Shown here: positions 45,840-58,385 of the stretch, in pieces
How the letters are laid out: the number at the start of each line of letters is the position of its first letter
How positions within the stretch are numbered: the first letter of the stretch is position 1
DNA from: Guillardia theta CCMP2712
Taxonomy: Eukaryota; Protista; Cryptophyta
Direction: 5' to 3'
DNA length: 64,000 nt
Assembly: GCF_000315625.1 (NCBI RefSeq)
Contig: NW_005434639.1
Span: forward strand, 463,615 to 527,614
The notes under the pieces: generated by a model
What the model was told of the DNA's origin: nothing
What the model saw: only the letters and a program-made list of their open reading frames with translations
The model's database searches: none
Made by a program: the position numbers and the translations under genes

Positions 45840-48800
45840 ATGGACAAGGAGAAAGAAGTCGATGGTGCCGATCAGACTAACCAAGATCATATGAAGGAAC
45901 CTGAAAGCTCCTTCTCCTCATCTGAGCAGCCTGTAGAGAAAAACTTCTTCACCGATGATGAGGGACGGCTTGTGTTTGTGAACCGAATAGTCCGATGCCC
46001 CTGTATCTCTCTTTTTCTAGCCATCATCCTCGCCCTAGGTGTTTCTATCATCGCCCTTGCGGTTGCCTTTGGAGGTTCGAACAAGAATCCCTTCACCGAC
46101 GATCAGGCCCAGTTCGCGTTGAACGACATCAGATCGATCAAGTACGATACTCTGCGACTCGCGTCAGAGGCGGTGTCGGCAGACAGGAACAAAGTGGTTG
46201 TTGCAAAGACGCCTCTCAAGACACAATCAACATCAGTCGGAATCTTCTACTGGATTTATGAAGCCAAGACAAGCCAGGGAATCTTTACCAAGGACGCGCT
46301 GATGGATATCTACAATGCAGAGACAGAGATCATGAACGACAATCTCTACAAGAACTACTGCCTTAGAGAATACGACAACACCACCGTGTACGAAGAGACC
46401 GAGTGCGCCCGTCCCCTGTCGGCTACCGTGATCTTCTTTGCGGAGAAGTGGGACTCGGTTCTCGTCAAGAATGTGACTGCGCGCCTGAAGGATTCGCGAC
46501 TGGCTGAGCTGTACAAGAGGATAGGTGACGTGCTTGCTGTCTGCTTGCCTGGTTGTCTGACGTCCTGGCAGCTCCTTGCCTTGAGTTTGGGATCAACTGC
46601 GCAATAGTGCTGAAAGATGTCTCATCCACGGACGAAGCCGAAGTCAGGAAGCTGTCCAATGACCTGACAAGCATCATGCGGTGGTGGAACGGGAAGAACA
46701 AGCAAGTTGTTGGAGATCCAAAGTGAACCACCTCTGCCTTATGCTCCTTCACCCCACTGACTTTGGACCTCATGCAGGGAGATCGCTGAGTTCTGCGCTC
46801 TTATCCGACAGTTCCCCACAAGATCTCCATTTGTCGATTTCTACTTCGATGCAAACTTCACTCTAGCAAACCCAACCAGCATGTACTCGCGCTCCCTCTA
46901 CCGCTTTGGAGGACCTCTCAAGGGCTACAAGTTGGTGGACGGTAAGGAGGGAGACGAGCAAGACAGTGGTATACACGTGCGATCCAGGACCTGCTCATCT
47001 GACTTGCGTGCCAGAGCTGAAGAAGTGGATCATCGACAATCATCTCAAGTCGATCGACAAGGCGACTAGCTCGGGCTACAGCAAATTTGTGAATGTCTTC
47101 TACTTTATGTCAGCTCTGATCTTCGATGTCTTGATCCGGATCATCCTCTATGATGCCATGAACGCGATCATCAGCATTCTCCTCGTCTTCTTCTACATCT
47201 GGTACATGGTGGGTTCAGGCTTTCTCGCGGTCATCGGCATGGTGGAGATTCTCCTCAGTCTCCCGACCGCCTGGTTCTTCGTGAGATGCATCTTCCAGAT
47301 CAAATACTTCGGAGGGTTGAACATGCTCTGCATCTTCATCGTGTGTGCGATCGGGGCCGATGACATCTTCGTCTTCATGGACGCATACAACCAGTCCAAG
47401 GTGAAGGGGCGACATGTCAACAAGGACATGGCCACGAGGATGAGCTGGGTGTACAGGAAGTCCGGTCTCGCCATGCTCATCACGTCTGCCACCACTTGTG
47501 CTGCCTTCCTCTGCTGCCTCTCCTCCCCCATCGCAGGCACTCAGAGCTTCGGCATTTTCGCTGCTTTTGTTATCCTGGCTGACTATCTCTATGTTATGAG
47601 CATGTGAGTTTGTCTGCTCGCAGCGTGTCTTGTCCTGATGTCTCCTCGCAGTTTTTGCACAGCTGTCGTCGTCTATCATGATTACTTCGAGAAGCCGCCC
47701 TTGTGCCAGTTGCCGGGATGCTGCGGATGTTGCGTCAAGGATTGCTCGAGGATCGAGACGAGCTCGACTGTGCTTGCTCGGCAGAACAGCCACGAGGACG
47801 GAAGGGAGTCGGAAGCCGAGGACAAGATCACAGTCTTCTTCTCCACCACCTTCGCCAACCTCATCCTGGACTACAGGTCAAGGATCGCCATCGCTCTTGT
47901 CCTGATCGGCTGGCTGATCCCAGCGGTGATCTACACGACCAAGTTGACCCCCACGACCAAGACGGAGCAGTTCCTGAAGGACAGCCATCCCCTGCAGAAG
48001 TCCATCACCATCCTAAACGAGAAGTTTCCTACCTCTACGCAAGACCGCGGGTTGGACGTGTTCTACGCGTGGGGGCTGGAAGACATCAGCAGGAGTGGAG
48101 TGAACCAGCTGCTCGACGACAAGTTCCTGGGAGAAGCGAAGTTCGCTCCCTCGTGGACGTTCACCCCCGCATGCCAGCAGAAGATCTTCGAGGTCTGCCA
48201 GCGTGTCTTGCAGTCACAGGACCTGAGCGACCTGATCAAGCTCAAGGACGATGGCACCCCGTCTCACCGCTGCTTCCTCTATGAGTGGAAGGATGTGATA
48301 GACAAGGAGGGCTGGAAGAACTCGCAGGGATGGGTGGACACAAATCAGGTGGACGAGAAGATGCAGAAGTTCCTGGCGATGCCTACGAAGAAGTCGAAGA
48401 GCAACCAGCTAGTGCTGGACTACTACAACGAGCTGGGAGCTGATCAGCTCGGGTTCGACGGGAAGAAGCTCAAGTATGTGGCCATCTCCGTGGAAGCGAA
48501 GCACCTGGACCGATGGAACAACCCGTCTGAAGCCTATACGCGCAAATACTACGACTGGTTCAACAATCTCGGGGACGAGTTCAACAAGATAGCTGAGGCT
48601 GAGTGCGGGAAGGTGACAATGACGGACATGGACCAGAAGTTCATCTTCATGAACAACCAGATGATCTACCGCACGTCAGCCATCCAAGGAGCAGGCATCG
48701 GAGTTGTCATAGCCTTCGGCGTGCTGGTCCTAGCTACCCGATCTCTCCTCATCTCCGTGCTGTCCTGCTTGTCGATCCTCGCGACTATCGTCTCCGTGAT

Positions 48801-49456
48801 CGGCCTGACAACAATGATGGGATGGCAGCTCGGAACGATTCAGGCGATTCTCTTCTCTATCCTGGCAGGCTTCAGTGTGGACTACGTCGTGCACTTGGCG
48901 CATTCCTATGCCACCTGCAGCGGGACAAGAGAGGAGCGCATTCGAAAGGCCTTCGCAGAGATGGGTTCTCCTGTGCTGAGCGGTGTTTTTCTTCACCTGT
49001 GCTCACCGTGCCATCGCTGATCCGAGAAACTTTACAGGCATGCTCACGTCAGTCCTGGCCTCCATCCCCCTCTTCCTCTGCCAAGTCGGTGAGTGAAGCC
49101 CATTCCTCTCTTCCTCCCCTTTCTCAACCCTCCTGCAGTCTTCTTCTCAGTCTTCGGCACCTTCCTGTGCTTCACCATCCTCTTCTCCTGGATTTTCGCC
49201 AACTTTGGGTTCATGTGAGTGCTCTGTCCTGCCGCTCCTCCTCGGCTCACGACCCTCCTCTCCTGCAGGAGCATCATGGCGACCATCGGGCCGCAGACTA
49301 CGGACAAGAAGGAAGAATCGACGACAGACTTGGACAGAGGATCCAACTATCCGGTCACCACTAGTGCTTGATTGCGTCTTGAGCTGTTTGAGCTCCCCAC
49401 GTCATCAAGTGAACGTCGAGGTACAGGTTCCCGTCGGAGAGCCCCAGGAGTTTTGA
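45840..49456 (+). CDS. Patched/Dispatched-family RND membrane protein with sterol-sensing domain
   Basis: Two luminal loops each followed by TM bundles; AIGADDIFVF and GFSVDYVVHLAH motifs; AMLITSATT. Confidence 0.92.
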
Positions 49457-49673
49457 GAAGCCTCGACGAAGCAGCTGTGGGGAGCCGGAGTTTGAGTGTA
49501 ACTCAACCATCGAGTCTTGCGGTTGAGATGAAATGCTGTAATTTTTTGTTTGAATACTTTACAATGAAAACGACACCTGTTAACTGACCAAGTCAAGCAA
49601 TGCTGGTGTTGACATGTAAGGAAAGTAATAAGTCATATCGTTTATTCTAGTGTTAATGTTCTCTACTACTCAT

Positions 49674-49787
49674 TTACTTCTTTGTGGCCTTCTTGGCGTC
49701 CTTGTGAGCAGCCGGCTTGTGCTTCTTGTCCGCCAACTTCTTCTCTGCGTTGTGCTTCTGCTCGTGCTTGCTCTTGAGGAATTCAAA
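49674..49787 (-). CDS. Probable last exon of a small Lys/His-rich protein
   Basis: CAG acceptor then FEFLKSKHEQKHNAEKKLADKKHKPAAHKDAKKATKK-stop with host-like codon bias; upstream exons not identified. Confidence 0.45.
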   Translation of the reverse strand, partial: FEFLKSKHEQKHNAEKKLADKKHKPAAHKDAKKATKK

Positions 49788-51850
49788 CTGGTAAACGAAG
49801 TCAGCACCCCAAAGTCACGATGGTAAAGCATGTCCCCCCAGCTTTCATAATAGCATCTGAAAGAAAGGAAGACGTTTTTGATTCTTTATGTAGGAAGCAT
49901 GACAGATCAGTGAGTGTCTTCTTTGTGGAGTAGATACCAGAAAGCAAGCAGCAATGCATGACAGACTTTGTTATGCGTATGGTTTCTGCATTCGAGACAC
50001 GCTCTTATAATTGATCATATGCTATCGAACGATACAACAATGCACACCCATGTCCTTCGTCCTCCTCCTCCTCCTTTCTTACCATGGATGCTGAGGAGCG
50101 CTGTGCTACGATTACGAATCCCCTGGTTTTATAATACTGTTTCGGTTCCCAAAAAAAAAATAACCCCCACCCCCTAAATAACCACCCTAAATGCATCATG
50201 ACCCCCATACCCCATGGTTCAAATGACCCCACCCATATATTGATGTCATAATTGGTGTTTCTGGAAATAAGTAGGTGGGGTGGTGATATGAGGGGTTCAT
50301 CTTCCCCAATCGGAGTACCTAACTCATGTATAGCCACTCCTGAATTGATGACCCACCCTGACACATCACCTCAATTCGTACAACCGGGTACATTTACTGC
50401 AAATATACCGGTATTCTATCAATATTTATATTGATACCCCTACAAGAATAGACCCCACCTCGTGAATGGACACGACTCTTCACCAAAGGTCGTGTCGACC
50501 CATTGAAGCACCCGATGACCCCTGGTTGGTCATATGGACCCCTTCGAAGTCAGCACCAAGGTCAACATACAGGGGTACAGAACTGCTACAACCCTACCCC
50601 CACCCATTATTTACAACCACCCCTTGTTGCGGCATTCCTCAAAAGAACTTCGTTTCGATCGTGAGGAAAAACGAAATTAATTGAAAAAGTTTTGAAAGTT
50701 TCCAACTGCCAAGTTTTGAAACTTCACTGCGTACAAACTTCCGAGGCTTCCGAACTTCAAGTTCGGAAGTTGAACCGGCGGCCCGGCCCGGCCGGGCGCC
50801 GCCGCAGCCGGCCCGCCCGGCCGCCATTCCGAAGGCCGCGGGCCGGGGCCCGGGACTCGCCGTGAGTCTCGGTACGGTACCGGGTGTCACTGTGCCACTG
50901 AGTGAGTCCGGGCCATGGAGCGGTTCAGTGCCACTTGAACACGGAAGCTACGGTAGTACCCGACGGACTGAATGACGGAATACAAGTTTGTTGGACTTGT
51001 ACTAGTCCAAAGTCACGCAGACATCACATCGACCTCAGTTGTAACAAGACAGTTTTTGCTCAAGACCGAGTTTAATGCACACAAAAACAGAATTGAGGAG
51101 CACTTGAGAGATAGACTGTATGCTAGGATGTGAAACCCAAGCATCCAGACATGAGAGGACCTTAACAAGACGGCTAGGAAGGTCCCCTCTTCATCCCATG
51201 TACTACATGCCGCCTCGCCACGTAAGTCGTCTTGGTTTACAGGAGAGTTTTTGTTAACTCGGCGCTATCTGACTGGCACGGCTGGCATACGTTCCATCAC
51301 TGAAAGGCTGGCATACGTTCCATCCTCTCCGAGGCTCGTAGGGAAGAGAACCCCGGCGTCCTCGGCCAGTTGCATCCACAAGACTCACCGGTCCTCTTCA
51401 GCTTGTAGACCCGGCACCACGGGGACACGGTTCCTGCAACAAAGACCTCAGGCCCAAAGGGGTCCTTTTCAGCAGATCACACCGGCTGGCATACGTTCCA
51501 TCCTCTCCGAGGCTCGTAGGGAAGAGAACCCCGGCGTCCTCGGCGGACTCGGTGTCACCGAGTCCTCGCCGGCGGCCGCGGCGCCCGGCCCAGAGCACCG
51601 CGGCGGCACTGAGCCCCGGGAGTCACGGTCGGAGCGCTCGCCAGCCTGGCAGTGACCGTACTGAGTCGGCGTCTGATCGGCCACGGTTCAACACGGTCAC
51701 CGGGCTGATTTTTAACTTAACTTTCGGCGGAGTAAAGAAGGCCCGGTTGATCGGATAGTAAAGTTTAAATCTGCGGCCGGGGCCCGGAGGCCGGCGCGGC
51801 CGCGAGACTCAACACAACCGTAGGTAGTGTAGTGCGAAACCTGGAGCGCA

Positions 51851-53369
51851 ATGCTCTATTCTCGGCATAATGCGGAGGGCAACGGCGGAAGGAAGCTGCT
51901 GCTACTTTTTGCCGCCTTGCTCCTCATGACGGCTGTACTGACAGTCTCCTTGTATATCTCAGATCCATCCTCCTCCTCCTCCTCCTCCTCCATCTCCTCC
52001 ATCTCCTCTTCCGCTACTTTTTCCCTCCTTCAGAAAAACCTTTGGGATTCGCGCGCAGGCCTTCATGTGCTGCTGAAAGCAGTCACGGCAGCCAAGGCCA
52101 TCCTCATGCAGATGCGAACTGAGAGGGAAGGCAAACCCCTATCAAGAAACGCAACGGTCGCAGGCTTCAAAGCAGACCAGCAGACCAGCAAGAATGTAAC
52201 GCATGAACTCAGCGCAAAACTGGACAGGCATGGCAGTTTTTTTCATTGCCGTACCAACCCCCCATTCTGATCTTCTTCCCTTTGCAGGACCGCCAAGCTG
52301 AATAAATCGAATGCCAAGAAGAAGAGCATTGCGGTGTTGGGGCAAAGACGCCAAGAGCAAGTGCAGTCCTTGCTAGCAGAAGAGCGAGCAATTCGGGCGG
52401 AGAAGCAGGGTCTCAACGCAGAACTGGCGCGCATCCACCTGAAGTTGAAAGCGCTGGTAGACAGTGGAGACAAGAATTTGCAGCCGGTGGCCATGCACTC
52501 TCAGAGCGAGGGCGGCAAGGAGGACTCCCAGCGACCTGCGAACTTTGTTCTGACTATGGGAACCCATGGCTCGCAGCTCGTGGACTCGAGGCCGATTTCA
52601 TCTTCTGATGTTGACATGTATGTTTGGATCATGATCAAATTTTGATCTGAATGCGTTTGTAGCACTGGAACCGCTCCGTACTGGGCTGTCGACGTGCCTG
52701 GGAAGCAACAGAGGGAAGCAGAACTTGAGGGGAAGGATAGTCTGTTGAACAGAATCTCGCCGGAGCTCAGGAAGAATTTCCGACAGAGGATGATCGATCT
52801 ACTAGCTGAGAGAGCAAAGAGCCACAAGAGTGACTCGGTTGATCATGCAGCAGCCTCGACTCGCTCGCGTGACTTTAGTTGTGGCAGGCTGCGTTGAACC
52901 AGCTCGCTGCGAGCATGAAGCGGATCTCTTCTCATTCTGCTTCCCCAGCAAGGATCTTAGAAGGGTATGAACTGAAGATTGTCTTGTGAAAGCTCGTTTG
53001 ACTCTCCTTGCCACCGAAGGTCGAAGCACCATATGTGGTCTGGTTACGGCAAAGTACCGCCATGGGACCAGAAATCGTTCTCAAAGCAACAGGTGAACGT
53101 CAAGAGTGCCTGGGATCTTGTTCGCCGTCATTGTCGATGTGCTTGTTGCGAATGCTCTGCTTGCATGAGTCAGGTTGTCTGAGGACAAGGCTGACTTGAT
53201 CCCATTGAAGGTGCTAGAGACAACCGCCGACAATTCCGCCGATGCGTCGAGCGATCCTCTGAACGCGAACGATTTCTACAATCGAGAGATGAAAGAGGAT
53301 GTCGAGCGCAAGGAGCACTCGTTCCATGCCTTCGAGAAGTCTCTGCATTACAACTCCAACCTCTATTAA
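51851..53369 (+). CDS. Hypothetical type II membrane protein, multi-exon
   Basis: N-terminal TM LLLLFAALLLMTAVLTVSLYI, coiled-coil exon, short GT-AG introns, stop at 53369. Confidence 0.6.
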
Positions 53370-53906
53370 TCTCCGAGGCATCACTTTCTTGTGTGATTTC
53401 TGTTTTATTTGTAAATAGTACACTCATGAACTTCGGAACTCAAGGCCAGCAGTCAAATCCTCGGACAACTTCGCGGCTGTTAGCCTGCCTTCCACACTGG
53501 GCCGCGGCTCAGTTATATATCACTATAGTACAAACGGTAAGTAACGGCCGCAACATCGTGTAGAGGTCAATAGTTTTGAAAGGCGGCGGGAGCAGGAGCA
53601 TGCAGGAATCCGTAGAGGGTACGGGGAACAATGAAGGGAGAAGGGGAGGGAAAGGGGTGGGGGGGGTGGGGGGGTTTGATGATGAGAGGGTGAGAGAGAG
53701 GGAGGAGGAAGACCTGAAGGAAGAAGAGGAAGGGCGCTAGCGAACTTCGGAGGAGAGGAGGTGAGTGCGAGGTACAGAGGGGGTTGAAGATTGAGAGGTG
53801 GGAGAACGGACTTGAAGTTTCTTTTAGAGAGATTCAATCCATTGTTTCCTTGCCAAGGTAACAACTGGTCATCTGACGTTGGGCTTCAGTGCCCGAAGCT
53901 ACCGCC

Positions 53907-56195
53907 ATGAACGATGCTTGCTTCCCCGTCAACGATGGCACGTTGATGGGACCAGACCTTCTCAACAACCGCCTGCTCCTCAGGGTCCATCTCAGGGAAT
54001 CTTCACATTCGGAAACGTTTGCGGTCAACGCCGATCACTTCCGGGGTGAGGACATGCAAAGGCTGGTGAACATCCTCTGTGAGCAGATGAAGATACCTCG
54101 AGAGGAGGCGTCAACCTATGCACTGCAGATCAGCGATGGGGTTAGCCCTGATGTGTGAAAGCCACGAGAACGTGATGGTTGTGTTCCAGACCAACAAGGT
54201 GGTTGAGAGCTTTGAGCTGATTGAAGACATGATGGAGCTTGACCTCGTCAAATGTCTTCTCTTCTTCTCTCTCTGCGCCGAATCACCCTAACCAGACAAT
54301 CAGGTTATCGTCAAGATGGCCTGTTTGCTTCGCACGTGCAGAAACCTGAACACAATGGTCTGAGCGTGGACCGAGTAGATGAGGAAAGTGAGGCAGATCT
54401 GAGCGATCCAACAAGCACCAGCAACGACGTCGCGAGCAGGCGGCAAATCTTGCTCGACACGGGTTTGAAGGAAAGACAAGGCGGAATGAGATGGTGTCCT
54501 TGTCACAATGCCCAGCAGGTTAGGGACATTTCAGATCGTTTCAACCAGATGCTCATGGCGGAGACGGACGAGCTGCGTCTACAGCTGGATATCGTTCAAG
54601 CTTCCGTGCAAGCCCGGGTCTGATCCGCACCTTAACCGACGTGCGGGCTGAAGCTGATAGCAGGTGGAGACTGAAACTCGCCGGATACTGGCTGAGCTTC
54701 TGGAAGAGGACGAGGTTGTTTCGCTGTTGGTGTGTGTGCGTGCTGATGGGTTCGTTTGAAGCACCTGCAACATGGCATCGTTGAAAGGTACCTGACGCGT
54801 AACGCTTGTGCCCGCGTTCATGGCTTGTGCCAGGGAAGGAGCGAAACCGGGGCCTCACCGCAACATGTCGGAGAGAGACGGGGGAAAGGACATGGTAGTT
54901 CAAGGAAGTAGCTGGTGTATGCGGTATTGAACATGTTGGTAGGAGATTTGGCTCTACCAGTTGGTCATGCCAGTCATCAAGGTTCTGGGGCGGGCATCTT
55001 ACCGTTGCAATCTCAACCGTTGCAGATGGAGATGGACAACATCAAGGAGAGGCTCTGGACTCTTGCCAACCGTGACTTCGAGATGACGAGCAGTGTAGAG
55101 AGAGGCTCAGGTTACCGCAGCTGTTCTGAAACCCAACCTGTCCGAGAAGAAAGTCCCGTGTGAATTCTGGCGTTTTGCAGAAATCAGGAAGTCCCACGTG
55201 ACGACACCGAAAACGCCGCGGCAGACTGTCTTGCCCAAGAGCTTTCCTCACAGCAGGTGCCTTTGATCGACTACTTCTGTCTCTTGATCCATCCCAGACT
55301 CGGAGGCGAAGACACTGCGATGTCACGGTCCCCCCTTCTCTGTATCCTTCCCTTGCCTGCTAGATACCCTTGGTGACTGCCTTTGGCAGCTGCTGGGACC
55401 GAAGGCTGTCAAACGAGCGGTTCTTTCCTTGTTTGGTTGGCTTACGTCCTTATCTCCTCCCCTTCGCAGGTGAAGGAATTCTCAGCTGGGCCAAGAGCTT
55501 GAGGATCAGGACCCCGAGGGCGGAGCATCACAGATCGCCGAGGCGACTGTTCGATTCCCGCGGGGATGCAACCCAAGACAGCCTGAGAGGGTCCAAGAGC
55601 AGAAGCTCGTCGGGATTGGAGCGAGTGCGAAGGAGTGTCGCAGGTAGGAGGGATGGAAGAGGGACTGACGCCTGACGACTGGTTGCCTGCAGAGCCCTCG
55701 ATAGAGGAAATGCACAGGAGGGAGGACGGATGGAAAACTCCAGATCGGTAGGTCTGCGATTGGGCCGGCGAAGTTGGCTGACCACTCTGCCTGCAGGAGA
55801 TCGCAACAGAACGCCACTGACCAGGAGAACTGTAACCTAACTTCTCTGTGCTCGCTCAAGTTCACCCTTGTCAAAGTTTCCGCCAACTGGAGGGTGATCG
55901 ACTCGGAAGAAGCAGCGCGCAAGCAGAATCTGGAAGACGTTGTGGCGATCCTGCACATAGATCCTGACTATGCACAGCACATGCCCGGGTGCGCATTTCT
56001 AGCTAGTCTTCCTTGTCACTGACTTGTCTTGGAAGCCCCATGAGGGAGAGAGCTCTGAGCCTCCTTAGGAAATCCCTTCCAGAAAACGTCACGATGACTC
56101 CTCACGTCCGATGGATTTCTGTGCTTCTTGTACTGATTGCTGTTTGTGACAGACTACACACGCACTTTTTACCGCAACTCTTCGATCGTAACTAA
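53907..56195 (+). CDS. Hypothetical multi-exon protein (possible N-terminal ubiquitin-like fold, central coiled coil)
   Basis: Chain of plus-strand exons separated by ~45-nt introns; LLRVHL...LVNILCEQMKIP...YALQI pattern. Confidence 0.55.
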
Positions 56196-56270
56196 TTCAA
56201 GTATGTTACAATGAAATGGGCCTGATAATACAATGATTTGTTGAATTTGCAGACAACATTGTGTTGATAT

Positions 56271-57836
56271 TCACATAACAGTCGCTGCAAAGAGCGACCG
56301 CTGCGAAAAGAAGGGAGCTTCTGTCTGTACAGTCCCTACCATCGGTGCTGGAGCAAAGTCACATTGCATAACGCTAAAACATTTGGAGCCAACCTGCTTG
56401 TGTCGTGAAGAACCCGTTGATCTTGCTCTGAGATTGGTCTTCCTCCATCTCATCTGCTTCCCTGTAGAGACAAGTGAGTTCTTCCTCAGTAACCTATGAG
56501 GCAACCATTCAAAACTCTCGCCCTGTGTTTCTATGATCTTCTTGGTCGTTGACCAGCTAAACCTTACGAGGTCTGGGTAGCCGAAAACCTGCGGCTCTCC
56601 GGGTCAACAGAAGTTTGCAAGGGGCAACTGCTCAGAGTACAGGATCACAGTTGCTCTCCATCCATACTTTGGTGAATTCATCTGAGAAAATTTCAAATCG
56701 CAAGGACATGATTGGATGTCGGTATTGAAAACCTGATGGGTATCCTGATCCATAGTCTGTGGAAAACGAAACCCCCGTCTCCTTAAATTGCCAATCTCTC
56801 ACACACCGATCGCGCGTGACTTTAGCGCAGATCGAGGCTGCACTGACGACAGGAAACAAGCTATCTGCCTTCTTTCGTACAGCAAACTCAATTGAGGGGA
56901 AAAGACTGCTCAGCTTCGATTCATAGCGTTCTGGATCGCCAACGGTATCCACGAACACCTGGAGGACCTCTCAGCAAGCTCATGGGATAGAGGACAAGGA
57001 TGTTGCCTTCTTAAGGTTGAAGTTCGCTGCCAACACCTTTCTGATCATCCCTATAGCTGTATCGTGCGAGATTGCGTTGAGATTGTACGGGGCTCTAAGA
57101 CAATGTGAGGATAAGACACGAGACTAGACGCCTGTCACCTTTGAAGCATACTCCCAGACAGCTGCTTCGCTGATAAGACCTCCACCAGCCACCCAAGAAC
57201 ATTGCTCTCCTTGATCCTTTCAAACAGCACTTCGCGCTTCTCCTCCGTCAAGGTCTTGGAGTCGGCAAACCCCATCTCCTTGAGCTCATTGTTTCGCTTC
57301 GAGCAGATAATGCAAGCACCATAGACCTGAGCTCTCGGCGTCAACCCTTCTCATGGCTGGCTCGATCACAAGCACTCCTTACCATAGGTCCGATCACTGG
57401 CCCTCGACCTGCTTCGTCAATCCCCATCTCCCATTCTTCATCCTACACACAGCATGATTACGCAGTGATGCATATGAGATCATTGAATCCTATTTTTTGA
57501 CAAGTATATTCCTTCACTATATTCGTCATGTCTAGTCTCACTTACGATTGCTAATCGTCATCCTATCACTGTACCGTTCTCTTTCCCACGCCCAACGGTA
57601 CCCTCACCATTACCCTCACCATATCCCTTCCCTCCTCCCCCTCCCCCCCTCCTCCTCCTCTCCTCCTCCTCCTCCCCTCCCCCTCCTCCTCCTCTCTCCT
57701 CCTCCTTCTCTCCTCCTCCTCCTCCTCCTCCTCCTTCTCTCCTCCTCCTCCTCCTCCTCCTCCTTCTCTCCTCCTCCTCCTCCTCCTCCCTCTCTCCCCT
57801 CTTCTCTCCCACCTTGCCGTCGATGAGCCCCTCCAT
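56271..57836 (-). CDS. RNASEH2A: Ribonuclease H2 catalytic subunit A
   Basis: MGIDEAGRGPVIGPM, GFADSKTL, YNLNAISHDTA, VFVDTVG, KKADSLFPVVSAASICAKVTRD, GSGYPS, VFGYPDLVRFSW; an 8-codon first exon 57813-57836 splices in phase 0. Confidence 0.96.
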
Positions 57837-57837
57837 G

Positions 57838-57849
57838 TTTCCCGCCAAA
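57838..57849. promoter_or_regulatory. E2F-type site TTTCCCGCCAAA
   Basis: Exact TTTSSCGC consensus one base from the inferred RNase H2A ATG. Confidence 0.55.
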
Positions 57850-58385
57850 TGCGCGTCCTACCTACCCTAGTGGACTCATTCAGAAGGGAAGCCTTTTGTT
57901 TCCCACCATGCTTAGGAGAAAAAGGGGGTAGGGGTACCCACCACTACCCCTAGAATATTAGATTATCTGGTTTGTGGCCTTGATATAAAGCTACTAAGTG
58001 TTTTTATTTATGACTTTTGTACCATTTTTGTACTGCATTTCATGTTTCGTATATTATTAAAACTATTTAGATTATATTTGAACCGCCTTCAGAATCTTGG
58101 TAATAATCATAAAACCAGGTTGTAAAATCAGTAGGGCTGTCCAACGGTCCAACTAGGGGAGGCAGCAGGGAGCAGGAGAGGTTCAGTGAGGAGAGAGCGA
58201 GGAGAACTATGCACGCAAGAGGAGGAGGAAAGGATACTTACGATCTGAGGGAAGATACGATGCCCGAGCCGAAGTTTGTTAAGCAGGCGTGTTAGGCATG
58301 ATAGCTGCATGACAGGAGAGAACTTGGGGGGGATCCGACATTTGTGTACAGAAATCCAGTGTGTCACTAGCGGTTTTGTTTCATC

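Noticed and set aside
50973-51134. Ras-like start MTEYKFVG
   Set aside because: No P-loop or other GTPase motif follows.
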